DNA of 64,000 nucleotides, from NCBI RefSeq assembly GCF_963676685.1, contig NC_092349.1, forward strand, positions 33,728,001-33,792,000. Direction: 5' to 3'. Below, piece after piece: positions 36,560-50,368 of the stretch. The DNA is from Mytilus edulis. Lineage: Eukaryota. Every line of letters starts with the position of its first letter. Within the stretch, counting starts at the first letter, position 1. The translations under genes and the position numbers were made by a program. The notes beneath the pieces were generated by a model. The model was not told the DNA's origin and searched no databases. It saw only the letters and a program-made list of their open reading frames with translations.

Positions 36560-39385
36560 AATTGTCGGGATCTCATCAGGTAGCACTAGTTGAAGATATC
36601 AGCAAGCAAAATCAAGGGAAGTGTGCAAATGATGATACAAGCACAAAAATTGTCACGAAGCATCATTATTATATTCTTTAAAGAAAAAACTGCTGACCAT
36701 AAGAAAATTTCATGGCCATCACCTTTTCTTAAATGGCTGTTTTTTCCAGATTAAAATACTTATTTTCCTGGAAAACGTTTCTTTGACTTTCTTTGAGTAA
36801 AACCAATTATCAGGTTTGGTGGATACCTTCTTCACATGTGACGTATATACTAGAAATGAATATTTGACATGTTCTGACTTTGCGCATGCGTGAAAATGTA
36901 ACAAAATTCACACACAAAAATTGGAACTATTTGTAACATGATTAGCGCTTTTGAACTTTTATTGATGTTATGAATTTGTTTGATGACATTTATTAAGGTT
37001 ATGATACACATGCGTTAAACAATTTCTAACATGAGCAAACTTTTTATATAAAGAACGAATTACACTCACTACAATGCCACAATAATGTAAATCGTAGTTC
37101 ATCTAACAGATGAGGATTTGAATTCTTAAACATATTTTGGTCGTCATTCGTTCCTCTAAGCACCAAGGCTCTAATGTTCGAGTATTTAGTATAACTTCTT
37201 TGATGCCCCTGTTTGAAAACACACCCTTTCAGTTGCTATGATCAACCATTCGACTGATAAGGTGAAAAGGGTGGTTAACTTTCTAAATATCGGACAAACA
37301 TCAATTATAGCTGCAGATAAACCCTACAGTATTGGCTAGGCAATTTCAATCGGAATGTCTAGATTGTACGGAGAACATAAGCTTATTGTCATGTTTGATG
37401 GATTGTACATTAAAATGGCTTTTTAAAAATTCTGAGTGATATATTGCTTGATAGTGGATAGACATGTGTCCTTACTGAAGCCGATATTGCAACACCTAGA
37501 ATGGCAAATGCTTTTCATGTATGTTCAAATGTAATTAGGAATAGACAAGTGCATCAGATAACTGCATTTGGGTGGCTTGAATTGATTATGCCAGCCGTTA
37601 TGAAAGCGTTAACACACAATATATAGTTCATGACTCTGTGACGTTCAAGTATGTGATCAACGGGTGTAAGGAAAGAGAGTCATATCGACCACAGTATAAT
37701 TTCTGGCGTTCAATTAAGAACTTCTTGTGCCTTTGGTAGTATACTCATATCACGAGTCAGATATCGTACTTTACAAACTGTCCATTTTAAGCTGATACCA
37801 ATTTTGGTGTTGATTGTGTAAAACCAAATCCAAGCTATGGCTACCCTTCACATGCCATGTCAATGAAATTTGAAAGTGATTATTTTTACTGTACGTAAGG
37901 CCAGCAAGTTGATTTTTTTATACTGTAAATTCATTTATTTTCGTGGGTACCAATTTTGCATGTAAGTGGATATTTTATTTCGTGGTTTTGCTGAAGTTTG
38001 CATATAAGCATATATGAAATTTGTTATTCGTTGAACACTTAATTTCGTGGTTCACCTGTACCCACGAAAGCAACGAAAATAAGTATCAAACGAATAATAA
38101 TGAATCTACAGTATTACAATTTATCAGGCACAAACAAAAAATAATGAGTCGTGAACGGCGATGTTGGTACCATACGTTTAATTTGAAGACCCCTTAGAGA
38201 CAAGAGATGGTAGCTGGAACAGTAGTCAGTGGTCTGATAGATGAATTTGAAAGATTTAGTGGTTTGAGTCATTCTACAAGACGTCATGAAGACTTTACGA
38301 AAACACAAAAGGATTTTTCGAAAAAATTTCTAAAATGAAAAACGTCAGAACGAGTTTGGAAATCAATTTCTAGAAGAGTCGTCAGATTTGTACACAATTA
38401 AGTCTTTTAAGGAAATCGTTAATTCAGAGGAAGCAAAGATATGTATATTAACTCCAAGATATTTGGTCCAAACAGTATGATCTTTTGAAGAAAGTGCGAT
38501 ACAAAGGAGAATCTGCGTTTTTTTTTAACCAGATGAAAATAAAGTTTTGCAGCGGCCTTATGATGCTATTCCGCCTACCACAAATCATTATCATTACCTG
38601 TGGTAAGCGGGATAGCATCATAAGACCACTGATTCCTTGCAAACACATTTTAATCTTCTAGAGCACACCAAAAGAGAAGCATATCAAGGTGGACATATTT
38701 TGGCTCGCCCCGAATTATGCATTCGACATGTTCATGTACAAAGTCATGAACACAACAGTTGGGTTAAAGAAAAAACCCAAATGATAATTGGAAAACAAAA
38801 TGAACTACTTTTGTGACCGCTGATCCTCTTGTCATGATTTTTTGAAATGCAAATGCAAGAAATTAAGCTGTGCTGATAACTGTAAATGCTACCGTTCTGG
38901 CCTTCCGTGTACAGGTTTGTGTATTTGTAACTGTCAGATAATTATAAGATAAGCAACCTGTCTTGCCAAATAAATTATATATGAATTTGAACATAACAAA
39001 GTCAGTGATATCTCTTGTTAAGTTGATACATTATAAGAAATGATAAAATTTACATTTTTCACGTTTTGTCGCCATTTGGGGACCGGAAGTAACTTTTTTT
39101 CTTCATGTAGGTATTGTTTTTTTTCGTACTTTAGGAACTTTAATTTAAGTTTTATCAAAACTTACATTGGACTATACCTAATACACAGCTTTCAAAAGAT
39201 TTACGAGATGTAACCAGTTGGATATGACGCCATTTGCAAAATGAGTGACGGCCATCTTGAAAAAATAAAAACCTTTTATGGCCAGCAGCTGATTTTTATT
39301 AATTATCATTTATTCCACCCACATACCAAATTTCATGCTTGTATCACGATTTGCACAATTATGTTCATAATATCTCCCACAAATT
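36560..39385 (+). mobile_element. Second, more decayed Academ-like element
   Basis: Remnant motifs GQTSIIAADKP, VMFDGLYIKMA, RNRQVHQITA, EHTKREAYQGGH and a terminal KCKCKKLSCADNCKCYRSGLPCTGLCICNC (~38845-38940). TIR-like end AAATTTCATGCTTGTATCAC at ~39330-39385. The left boundary is uncertain. Confidence 0.65.
37923..38111. mobile_element. TA-flanked MITE related to 3622-3803
   Basis: TA|CTGTAAATTCATT ... AATGAATCTACAG|TA. Confidence 0.7.
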
Positions 39386-40148
39386 TGTAATATATCTTCT
39401 TTATGCTTTGTGTTCAATTAATGTAAGTCAATCTAAGAATTTAAGGCTTTCGGGTGGTTTTTTTTTAAATCTTAACATCTATATTTTTTGTTCATAATCG
39501 GGTCTGATACGCTCTATAGTGGAGCTGATATGATATCAAATACAATTTTTAAATTGCTAAAAATTTACTTATTGTTTGCAAGATACACATAGAAATATGA
39601 ATATCTATAATTGCCTCTGAACAAAAATCCCGACAGCACACGGTTCGATATACAAAAAAAAAGAAGAAAACTCTGTATAAAGAATACAAACAACCTGCAA
39701 CGAAAACCATTTAAAATCTATGTAATGTTCACTCGCCGGGAATTGACCTCATGCTATTTTGATATCGTGACAATACGGCCAGGTCTGACACCTAGACTGA
39801 ACTTACAATTCTTTAATCGTTGTGCTAGTGCTACCTTTCCTCGTATTTAGAATCAAGAGTTGTGAGATAGTGCATGTTATAATATGCACGAAGAAAGAAT
39901 TTATTGCATTTTAGTTAAAATATCTGTCCTTAATTATCCTAAGATGCAGTAATAGAATGAATAAAACGTATATATTAAAAAAAATAAATATTTCCATTAT
40001 TTCATACCAACATGACTACTTTAAAGGTATACGTAGTGAAAAGATATGAAACCTTTTCCTGTGTTTTTTTGCACTATCTATTCATGTTTGATCGTGTCAA
40101 CATTCTGTATAAAACAATTTAGTCAAAATAATATTGTTTGCAATGCAG

Positions 40149-40195
40149 GGAAATCGAAGAAGATTAATAAATCTGAAGAACTGAAATATCTCTAT
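40149..40195 (+). CDS. Candidate short host exon
   Basis: ttgtttgcaatgcag| and |gtaagt. Open as KSKKINKSEELKYLY (phase 1-0). The phase does not match the 34543 donor (phase 2). Confidence 0.35.
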
Positions 40196-40635
40196 GTAAG
40201 TTTAAAATAACATTCACTGCAAACAATGTATTGATTATAGTCATTGTATATATTCATGTTTTAACGCGGTCAACTGTTTTTCTAGTAAATTTTGACCTCC
40301 AAGGATAGACTGATTGCTATATGGTAAACATCTAAATGCCATATAATCCTAACGCCACATTTTGAGATTTTACACCATAGTTTATAGCAGGTTCCATATT
40401 ACCGTCGAAATTCAGACTTTGATGCTTTCAATATACTCACCAATCGTTAATTCATTTAGTAAGAGAACATAATTTATGAAGCGCAAAAGTGAAGATAAAG
40501 GTTATGGCTAGGTTTTTTTTCATTCTACCTAATAATCCCTTGAATGTAGTCAGTCTCTTATTGATAAAAGAACCAGTCGGAAAGAAGAGGATCAAAGTTT
40601 GGGTTCACGGGAATGCCAATTTTGTGTTTGGTCTC

Positions 40636-41184
40636 AAAACGTTACAAATATGTTGTCAATTAAGAAATCAATCATTCTGATAATGTCAGTTTCAGAGAAT
40701 GTGTTTGAATCAGAGTAATTTTTATACGAGTTCGATTTATTCGTCCATAAGAAAAAATCCTTTTTTTTTTATTATTTTTAAAAAAATACTTGTATTTCCG
40801 CTGGCTATCTTAAAAAGACATAAAAAAGGACAAACTCTTTTAATTTGTGTTGGAATTGGAAATACTTTTGTAAAGTATAGAAAATTTCATTGATTTTTAT
40901 ACTATTGTCTGAAAACGTTACAAATATGTTGTCAATTAAGAAATCAATCATTCTGATAATGTCAGTTTCAGAGAATGTGTTTGAATCAGAGTAATTTCTA
41001 TACGAGTTCGTTTATTCGTCCCTAAGAAAAAATACTTTTTTTTAATTATTTCTAAAAAAAAATACTTGTATTTCCGCTGGCTATCTTAAAAAGATATAAA
41101 GAAGGACAAACTCTTTTAATTTGTGTTGGAATTGGAAATACTTTTGTAAAGTATATAAAATTTCATTGATTTTTATACTATTGT
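40636..41184. repeat. Tandem duplication, ~276-bp unit x 2
   Basis: AAAACGTTACAAATATGTTGTC at 40636 and 40912. A few substitutions and indels between copies. Confidence 0.9.
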
Positions 41185-41345
41185 AAAATGAAAATGCCAT
41201 AGATTGTCTGTAATCTAACAAATCTATTGAATTGTTGAGCATCCACACAAAATGAGAGGTACCTTTTAATCACTAATTCTTCAATTTTGTAAAACTATAC
41301 AAGCTTTAAAATGAGAAGTAACTTTTAATCACTATTTTTTCACAG

Positions 41346-41555
41346 CTGCAAATTTCAACGAAAACAGAAAAGGAATTTTCGCAAGATACAGAAAAGAAGC
41401 AGCCGAAAATCGATGAAGAAGTGAAGGCAAAACGCGCAGAAGTTATGAAGGAGTTATTAATAGGCTACAGCGAATCATTAAAAGTTGTATTTGGGAAAAC
41501 GGTGTCCAGTTTTTATCAATATTTTTTTAGGTTAACTGAGGAGCGTAAATACTAG
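41346..41555 (+). CDS. Candidate terminal coding exon of the host gene
   Basis: tatttttttcacag-type acceptor at 41344-41345. 70 codons to TAG: LQISTKTEKEFSQDTEKKQPKIDEEVKAKRAEVMKELLIGYSESLKVVFGKTVSSFYQYFFRLTEERKY*. Confidence 0.55.
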   Translation: MQISTKTEKEFSQDTEKKQPKIDEEVKAKRAEVMKELLIGYSESLKVVFGKTVSSFYQYFFRLTEERKY

Positions 41556-44508
41556 TTATGTGTGAAACGACAGTAGTAGTTATAAAGTGTGTATATAGTT
41601 AACGAAACAACAAAATTGTGTATATGATTAACGGAAAAAAAATGAAAGATTGTAAGTTTTGCGTTTTTTTTAGATAATAGATTTAATTGTATATTTTGTT
41701 ATAGTTATGTTATAACATATATAAATCTCTGATATTGCCTCAATCTTAAATAATACACATCAAAACACAGGCAATTGGGCTTTAAAAATTATACATAACT
41801 GTCCATGGGAATAAAAATTGTTCGTTAAAAATCATGTCATCGAAACGTTACAGATCTTGACAATATCAGTTTCATAGAATTTTTCATTTGAATCAGAGTG
41901 TATAGTTGGAGTATATTTTTAATTCAACCCTACAACTGCCTTCTCATTTTTTACATACATGTATATCGTTTTGAAATTAAGATTGATAATTACATAGTTA
42001 TCTGTTTTACGGAGTGTTAAAATGGCAAATAGTCCTGAATCATGTTCATCATTGTGTTACACCTTTGTTAATGGTCAGTGTGATAAGTAGTTGTGTACTA
42101 GTATGTCAATGTTTGAATACTTTGTTTCATCTATAAATGAATACTGGACTTAGATTGTCTGAAATTACGTTCCTTTTTCATTTTGGTTAAATCGTCTTAA
42201 CAAACTGTAGGCATATGCTCTTTTGTGAAGGTTGTATAGTGAACTGTCATAGTTAAGATCTTTTTCAATTGGACTTTTTGATAGTTTTCTGATTTGCATT
42301 CATACCATATTTTATACTTTAATTTACTATAAATAAAAAAAAAACTTTGATGTCATAAGAGTTCTGATTTAAGATATTATCAAATATTTTACCCTATCAG
42401 AAGACTTAATCCTGTAATCAAAGTATTTTTTGTAACCAACAACCATATATCGACTGACACAGTCTCCAATAGAGTACCGGTGGAAGATAACTCAGGGACA
42501 CTCAAGTCGAAAATAAACTGGCAAAGAAAAAAAAAAGACCAACAGACAAATAGACAAACGAAAGAAAACACCCTCCCCCCACTGGATTTGGATGCAAAAT
42601 TATATTTTGATGCCTACAAATGGCAAAGATCAAGATGCTAAATGCTCAAATCTAAAGTGAATTTCAACATCTGATAATTAACACATTACATTTAGTTGGT
42701 AATAAAAAAATAAACAAAAAAGGATGGTTTCACGAAGAAATATACATAACGGAACTGGTCAATTCCTGCATGTCTTAATTGCAATGATCAAAATTCACAT
42801 ACAAGTATAAAACCCAGTTCTATTTCCTTCATCACCTCTTGTTTTATCAAACATTTTAAACAGGATTCATATTTTGATTGGGTAGAATGTTAATATGGAA
42901 TCAAAGATGTATTGGTTTATTAAAAAAAACATTTATTTGCTTTTTTATAATCTTTTAATCTGAAAAATTGTATTTATTACTTCATCTGACTTCAATTACT
43001 TTTTGACAACATTAACAGCAACATATGACTGTTCATATTTATGCATCAAAGCTTTTTTTCAAATTTTAAGGGGGAAAAGATTCGAGTAGAAGTTATTGAA
43101 AAGGAATCAAATAATTCTTGATTGAAAAGGTCATCATACCAGGAAACAAAGAAGTAAACATCTTCGTCCCTACAGGTTTTTAAACTTCTCACATGACCTT
43201 GCTGTTGAAGTTTATACAATACAAAATACATTTCTACAAAAAGCCAATGTACCAACTTATAGAAAGAGAAGACTAAGAAGTATTTTTTTCTCTATCAACG
43301 AGGAAGAGGGAGAATATGCATCAACAATCGACAAGTGTTTTAAAATCCATTTCAAATGAAAAATTAAGAATTTACTCTAAAAAAAGTCTTTTCTAAGGTT
43401 GTTTTCAAATTTGACATATCCAAGCTGAAACTCTATAAAAAATGACGTATGATGTGACAGTTATAACTTCTTCTGTTGTTTTCGATAAAAACATAATTAT
43501 ATAACAAATTTTCACATTCATAATAAACATACTTCCAAACCCTAGTTATATTAATTAAGTTCAAAATGTGAACGTTAAAAATGAACGTTTACTTTATTAC
43601 AACTTTATGAATTCCGTGCGCAAAAAGCAGTACATTTCAGGATTTTCCTATAAGTCCATTTGTCGAATCATGTCTTTCACCGGAAAATAAGGTCAATTTA
43701 GCTCTCCTTTATGACGTAATATGCCAGATAGAACGTGCCGGTATTCTTGCTCTATTTAAGTTCCAAGCACTATCAGAATTGTCATTAGAAATAATTAATG
43801 AACATAAAAATATAAAACCATGGGTAACCAAAGGCCTCATCAGGCGGATATCCAAACACAGCCTATATTCCGTAAGTACGTTATTAAAGTTTCCGTACCA
43901 ATTGATGGGGTGACCAACTTATTAGATTTTAACTTTCCAAACATTTTGTGCATTATAAGATCAATTGTTGGTAGTGACGATGCGTAAATTTTGTTTAAAT
44001 GGACATGACAGATTGAACTTTCTCATTTTTGCTACAGTATATCAGAACTGACCTTTTATGGGACGCTAAGACCCGAAATTTAATAGCAAAAGATGTATAA
44101 AAAGTGAAAAATTATAGTAAAAAAGTGTTGAAATTAACATTCATACATGAAATACTATTGAAAAATATCTATTTACTGAGGTGTGACTCTTAATATTGTT
44201 CAGATAAAATCTACAACGTTTGGAAAATATCAAAGTGATTGATAATGAACACGATAAAGTTATAAGGCTTTTACACTGAATAATGAGTTGATAGGCTGTA
44301 CTTAACTGTATATGTTTTTGGTCTTTAAATTCAAACGGCAAACTTTTAGAATATAATGATCTGAAAATTTATCCTATAGCAGTCCAATGCTAACAAATAA
44401 CCTACATCAACACAAAGAAGTTAGAAAGCGTCTTATAATGCATTAAAGACATTAGAAGGTTTCGTAAGGAAAAAACTAGCTTTAATTTGTTCCTCCGTTT
44501 TGTAATAA

Positions 44509-44791
44509 GGATGTTGTTTTTTTGTCAGATTTTCGTAATCCTCTGATTTTATCCATTTGAATGCCTCTTTTTAAATCTGTTGAATGTACAATATAAGAAC
44601 TCTGTAAAAGTCTTATAAAATCTTTGCTAATTTTTTAATAGTATTTTAGAACTTAAACTTGTCAATGATAAAGCTATGAAAAGTCAAGAGAGAACATTTT
44701 CCCGCCAATATTTCAATGGCCAATATCTCGAAACCAAGCACATTGACATTGATATTATTTTTTTGGTCTTTTACATGTGTAGCAAACCTCC
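44509..44791. mobile_element. MITE related to 46-433, reverse orientation, internally deleted
   Basis: GGATGTT ... AGCAAACCTCC|TTAA. The body is the reverse complement of 140-420. Confidence 0.65.
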
Positions 44792-47069
44792 TTAAAAGTA
44801 GTGTGTCAGATAAAAAAAGATAAATAGATATTGTGTAATTCTACGGTAAAATTATTAAAATTTGATTTATTACGAGATGATAAAGCTGAAATCATGTATT
44901 CAAACCAATTTGGCCGAAAACTAAAATAAGTAGGTAAGATTTAAGTTATTTAACCTGAACCTATTCAAATATTTATATTATTAATTTTGTATTTTCTCTA
45001 AAAAGAAATTACAGCAATTAAACTACGGTTATGTTTTAGATTTGCAAACTTAAAAAGTCGCATGTTTTTATAGTAGGCATTGTTTCTTTCTACATGAACA
45101 GAAGGCAAAAAAAAAAAAACAAGTACAATTCACTTATTTGGCGGAAAAATTGTTGATTCGATTAAGGATTTTGCAAAGTTGCATTTCTATTTTAGGTGCA
45201 AGTATAATCTGATTGTAACGTCTGTCGTCGTGATATGAGAGTATGGACGCTCTGAAATTAGCATTGTTTGCCAAAGTGTGCCATATGAATTAATTGGAAA
45301 TTTCAATAAATGTTCGCTATTTTTGAGATTAACAAAACAATGATAGTTGCAGCGGGTTTTTTTTTTCAGGATATAAACTTCATAAAAAACCTTCATTTTT
45401 CTTTTTCTTTAAATAAATATTAACTGAATTGACAAGAATGTTAGGCTTTATTTACATTTAGGGAACAAATATTACCTTGACCTTTAAAATTTACACTTAA
45501 ATATGTTTCTTCTTCTTCGTCACATTTTAACAGTAATGGATATTCAAAATGTGTACTTGTGCAAAAAACAAAAATATAATGGAGTATCAAAATCGGTATG
45601 AAATCAATATATACCATGCACATAAAATGCTACTGTGAATTTTAAAAAGATTTTGGCAGATGATGCAAGGACCCCTACCCTTTCACTGGTTTACAAATTA
45701 AAAAAAAAACGACAGGGAAATTATAGGGTTATCAGAGCTTACCCTTAAATTTATTTTAAATATAGTTCTTTTAAACAGAAATCTTTTACTGCAGTAATCT
45801 TTTAAATTTGCGTTTCATACTTTTTGTTATGAAACAATATTGTCCCATTTAAACCTGTTAAACAAATATCTTCAAGTTAGATGTTTGTGTTGTGTAGTTG
45901 TAGATATATTGATGTACAAATTATCTGATAAAAACCATACAGTAATTATTACGAACATACAAAGATGAAAATCTGAGGTCATTATGGACTGATATCCAAA
46001 AGTAAGTTATCTTGAAAATGCAAACAATACTTCATCATACAAGCTACATGACGCACACACGTATCCTGTCGGTAAGTTATTCATGACAGAATGAAAATAA
46101 GAACTTTTAAAGTTCTAATGCAAAGAGCACTTATTTAAACAAGATGTTGGTGTTTTGTGCTTACAAGTACATATCGTTGTGGACAATGTAATTTCAGTTT
46201 TTATTTTTATGCCTTATCATTAGAGTTACTTTACAAAAACTTTTATTTGTGATAAATAGTTTAGCATAACTATGTCTTTTGATTTTCACGTTTAAATGCA
46301 ATACCCTTTGTCAAGTTACTTATGAAGATTAAAGAGTGAACAAAAGACATTTTTGAAAAGTCGTTTTCACAGACGGTGCTATATTGCCTAAAAACTAGAT
46401 CGTATCAAAATGTAGAAATGTACCTAATAAATGAACTCATAAAACTTGGTTTGACTCAGAAAAAGTAATTTAGTTCTGTAAGTTTATTTTTTTTTAGATA
46501 ATTTTGTATTCGGATTGGAGCTAGAAACACCGAGTTCTCCCATTAGCGTGATTTGCTTATTTATAAATATCTTTTTTTCTGTGTTCTCAACCAACAGATT
46601 TGTTCAAACGGTTACAACATATACAGAAATATAAAAGATATCAAAGATATATGCAAACTCATCAGTTGTGAAAATAAACTTATAGCGTCATGGCAAAAAA
46701 ATGAAGAAAACAAAATTGTCAAACTGCATCATACAAAACACAACATACAATGTAGAATACCTAAGGCCGTGTTCACATTGACCTAAATTCGGTGTTGTGT
46801 TAGTGTAACTCACACGTAAACTTTACACAATTGCGTTCCCATTGATAAAACTCAATGTTTACATGTAGTTTAAATCATGTTTTGTCTACACACAGTCGAT
46901 AGTCAATGTAGGCCTTGTGTAGGTTAAGTGTACACAAAACTAGGCATTTAGGACATTAGTTTTACCGTGTACATATTTAAGGAGGAACCTATTTTTGAAA
47001 ATTATTAATAAAGTTTTTTACAGAAATTGTTGTCTAGAATTTATATGTTTATTTTGTTTAAAAAAAAAA

Positions 47070-49011
47070 CATGTACATTTTATTATTTTGTACAGGTTAT
47101 TACTTGTACAAACAGTTTATACAAGTAATTACTTGTATGAAGCCATCATAAATGTTATTACTTGTACAAAAAACAATTGTACAAGTAATTACTAGTACAT
47201 TTTGTATTGAGAAAAAGATAATAACTTGTACAAATCATTATTCTACCTTAGCCTATGTCAAATTATCAACAAATCGTTTTGTATATTACAAATAATTTAT
47301 GAATAAAACCTAAAGGTATAAACATTCAACATGTGTGTACTTTTTGTTTATCAAATATATGAGCAAAACTTTTTAAAAAAAAGTCAAAAGTAAATTGTAA
47401 GATGGAAAACATTGTAGAAACAAAATAGTATGATGCAATGGTTAATTTTGGCATGACATTAAACTCTTCTAATAATTAGACATTCACTCACGTAAGAATA
47501 TTATTTATGTAAAGGAAGTAAACTTAAGTTCCAAAAAGACAGCACATCAAATATATTTTTACGGCAGTATGTTGTTTTGAATGTAGCAGAAATAAAAAAA
47601 AACTAATTCGCAAAGGAAACGAACTTTTTTTTTGTACAGTAGAAATATCAAAATAGTTGTGCTGAATATTGCCTAAAAGGGATACAAAAAAGAAACAAAA
47701 GTTGGATTAATGATTGGTTTAATGAGTCTAAATCAATCGCAACCACTGCTTTTAAATTGTCTTAATTGTTCAGAGATCAGAACAACCTATTCTCCCCCCT
47801 TTTCTTGCCCCTAATTCCAAAACATTTTGAGCCATAACCCCCTAAATTCAAAACTAACCATCCCTTCATGGTATTGAAACTTGTGGTATAATTTCGGAGA
47901 GATTCATACACTTAAACACAAGTTATTGTTCGAAAACTGCAAAAATGCGCATTGGGGGCCCCCTTATTGGCCCCTTTTTACTAAACTTTTATGGAACATT
48001 ACCCCCACAATTAATCCCAACCTTCTTTTAGTGGTATTGAACCTTCTGGTGAAAATTTATAGAGATCCATTCACTAAAACTAAAGTTATTGTCTGGAAAT
48101 TAAATGCGTCTTCTGACGACGACTACGCAGACGACGACGCAGACGACGACAACGACATGATACCATTATACGACGCAAAAAAACAATTGGACATACCCGA
48201 ACACACTGAGTTTAACGTCATGAAAGTAGTAAAATTGCTTACTTTAAGTGGTGACCATGGCCATGTTCACTGCAGCTGTAAAAGTGGTTGTTAGACAGTT
48301 ACATGTAAATGCAAAAGGTTGAGCTTATTGTGAAGTTGATGTCATGCGTCCTTGTCTTGTGCTAACCGATAGATTAATTTATTTATAAAGCTTTATTTTT
48401 GTTTGCAATATATGATATTACATATGCAACTTTTAATCGTGATTCATGTTTGAAAATAAATGGTAGAAGGGTTTTATTTTATTCTAGATTTTAACGACTT
48501 TGTAACTATGCACCAGTAGTCTGTATGTGGCAACAAGCTGTTTCACTCAAGGTGTCATGTTACCTTATGCTGCTACTTCGCGTCCGTTGTTTTCTTTAGG
48601 AATCTTCTAACATTTGAAAAACAAATTATCATTGATACTCAGTTGATAAAAAAGAAAAGAAAAAACAATCCCAATGTAGATTTAAAAAAAACATACGCTG
48701 AATGATAAGAATAAATAAAAATAAAACGAATAAATAAATACTCAACAATTCACAAATATTCCCAGATTTACATACCCAAAGAAAGGAGTTTTTGAATTAA
48801 AGATTAAAAACAAAAGAAGAAACAAATATAACCCAAATATATTGTGTTGTACAAGTAATAATCTTTTTCTCACCAAATTTGTACAAGTAATTACTGGTAC
48901 AATTATATTTGTACCAGTAATAACTTGTATGATGGCATCATACAGGTAATAACTGATACAAAGTTTTTGTACAAGTAACAACCTGTACAAAATAATAAAA
49001 TGTACACGACA
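47070..49011 (+). mobile_element. Ginger-like DNA transposon remnant with ~165-bp TIRs
   Basis: 47070-47235 is inverted at 48846-49008, and the right end is ...GTACACGACA. Internal Cys-rich tail HGHVHCSCKSGC*TVTCKCKR....CHASLSCAN (48255-48370) resembles C-termini of KRBA2/Ginger-type integrases. Confidence 0.55.
47785..48180. repeat. Dispersed repeat with GAC microsatellite nested in the Ginger-like element
   Basis: GGGGCCCCTTATTGGCCCC hairpin and a (GAC)n tract at 48114-48156. Confidence 0.45.
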
Positions 49012-50293
49012 TATATATATATATAAAACGTCTGAATAATAGTCAACAATTTTTCCCACGAGGGCGATGGATCGTTACAAGTAACGATACATGTACACAA
49101 TACAATAAATTATATAAACGCCTAAAAAGTGTACATAACAACACCAATAACAGAAAAAAGAACTATAAATGTAATTATTTATAAATATTTCGGATAACAG
49201 ATATCCTTCATCAGTATATATGATTGTGATGTTGAATGAATCAAGTATCAGTCTAATTAGATGAGCAGCAGCAGCAGCAAATTTATTTCAGCATTTACAA
49301 AAGTGAAGATAGAAACGTAGGTGATAAAAAAGGATGACTGATTATATTTACAACATCCAACAAAATTTTCTAACAAATAAAACTAACGTAATGAACAATA
49401 TAGACTAACGACATTTTGAACTTATTTAAACATATATTGTATGCACTTTGTACAATGATATGTATTATGCACATTTTTTGAAAGGAATCGCATGAACTTT
49501 ATGTGTAATTAAATATCTCTAACTTCGACAACGTAAAATTTTAAAGTTTAAACTTCATGCGTTCTTTCTTACTCATAATATGGGAGAAGCACGTTTTGTT
49601 TTAGAAGAATATCAGATTAAAATTTCAATGGTCATATCTTATATATATAAAAGTCTATTTAAAGGACCAACCAGCTAATGAAATATGTACGTATCGTCTA
49701 AATTACTAAAGTGGAAGATAATGCGTAGATAAGGAAAAGTTATTACCATCTGTTATTGATTATTGTTATCTTATCATTATTTCGTAATGTAATATATCTT
49801 AAAAATTACTGTATTATTAGAACTACAATTTATATGTACAAAATATATATGTATATGTATATGTGCTTTGATAAGGAGCATGTAATTGAATTTCATGAAT
49901 ATTCGTATTCTTATTCTTCATAAGATTTGCAAAACGGTACTTATAAAAGATGGTAATTTACGGAAATTATTTTATACAATCGTGTTGATAAATAGTTTAG
50001 CTTTACCAATAGACGTCGTAATTGTCAATAACGTAAAGAAAATAAAAGTAATTGACACCGACGAAGACGATTCGTTAAACCAAAATATTTTTCAACACGA
50101 TATCATAACATTCACCTTAGAATATTCTATTGTTTATAAGTACCGTTGTGCAAATCCTTGGACTAATATATATATATATGATAACTACATGTGATTATTC
50201 ATATTTATATTATATAATGAAAATATCAGCACACAGTTCTTACTGATGTCCTAACAAATGATTAACATTTTTAACATAAAGGCATATAATTTA

Positions 50294-50368
50294 CACTGAT
50301 GATTATTATGTAGACGAAACGCACGTCTAGCGTATAATTTTTATGCCTGGTATCTTTGATAACTATTT
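50294..50368 (+). ncRNA. Degenerate hammerhead plus retrozyme tail
   Basis: CA-CTGATGA-TTATTATGTAGAC-GAAA-CGCACG-TC-TAGCGTA...CCTGGTATCTTTGATAACTATT. Helix II is disrupted. Confidence 0.55.

Noticed and set aside
39582-39721. Possible missing host exon (ISIIASEQKS resembles KSILASDQLS)
   Set aside because: Stops occur in every frame reachable from the nearby AG acceptors, and the similarity is too short.
47881-48294. 137-aa ORF with poly-Asp
   Set aside because: Chimeric frame running through a GAC microsatellite repeat into a transposon remnant.
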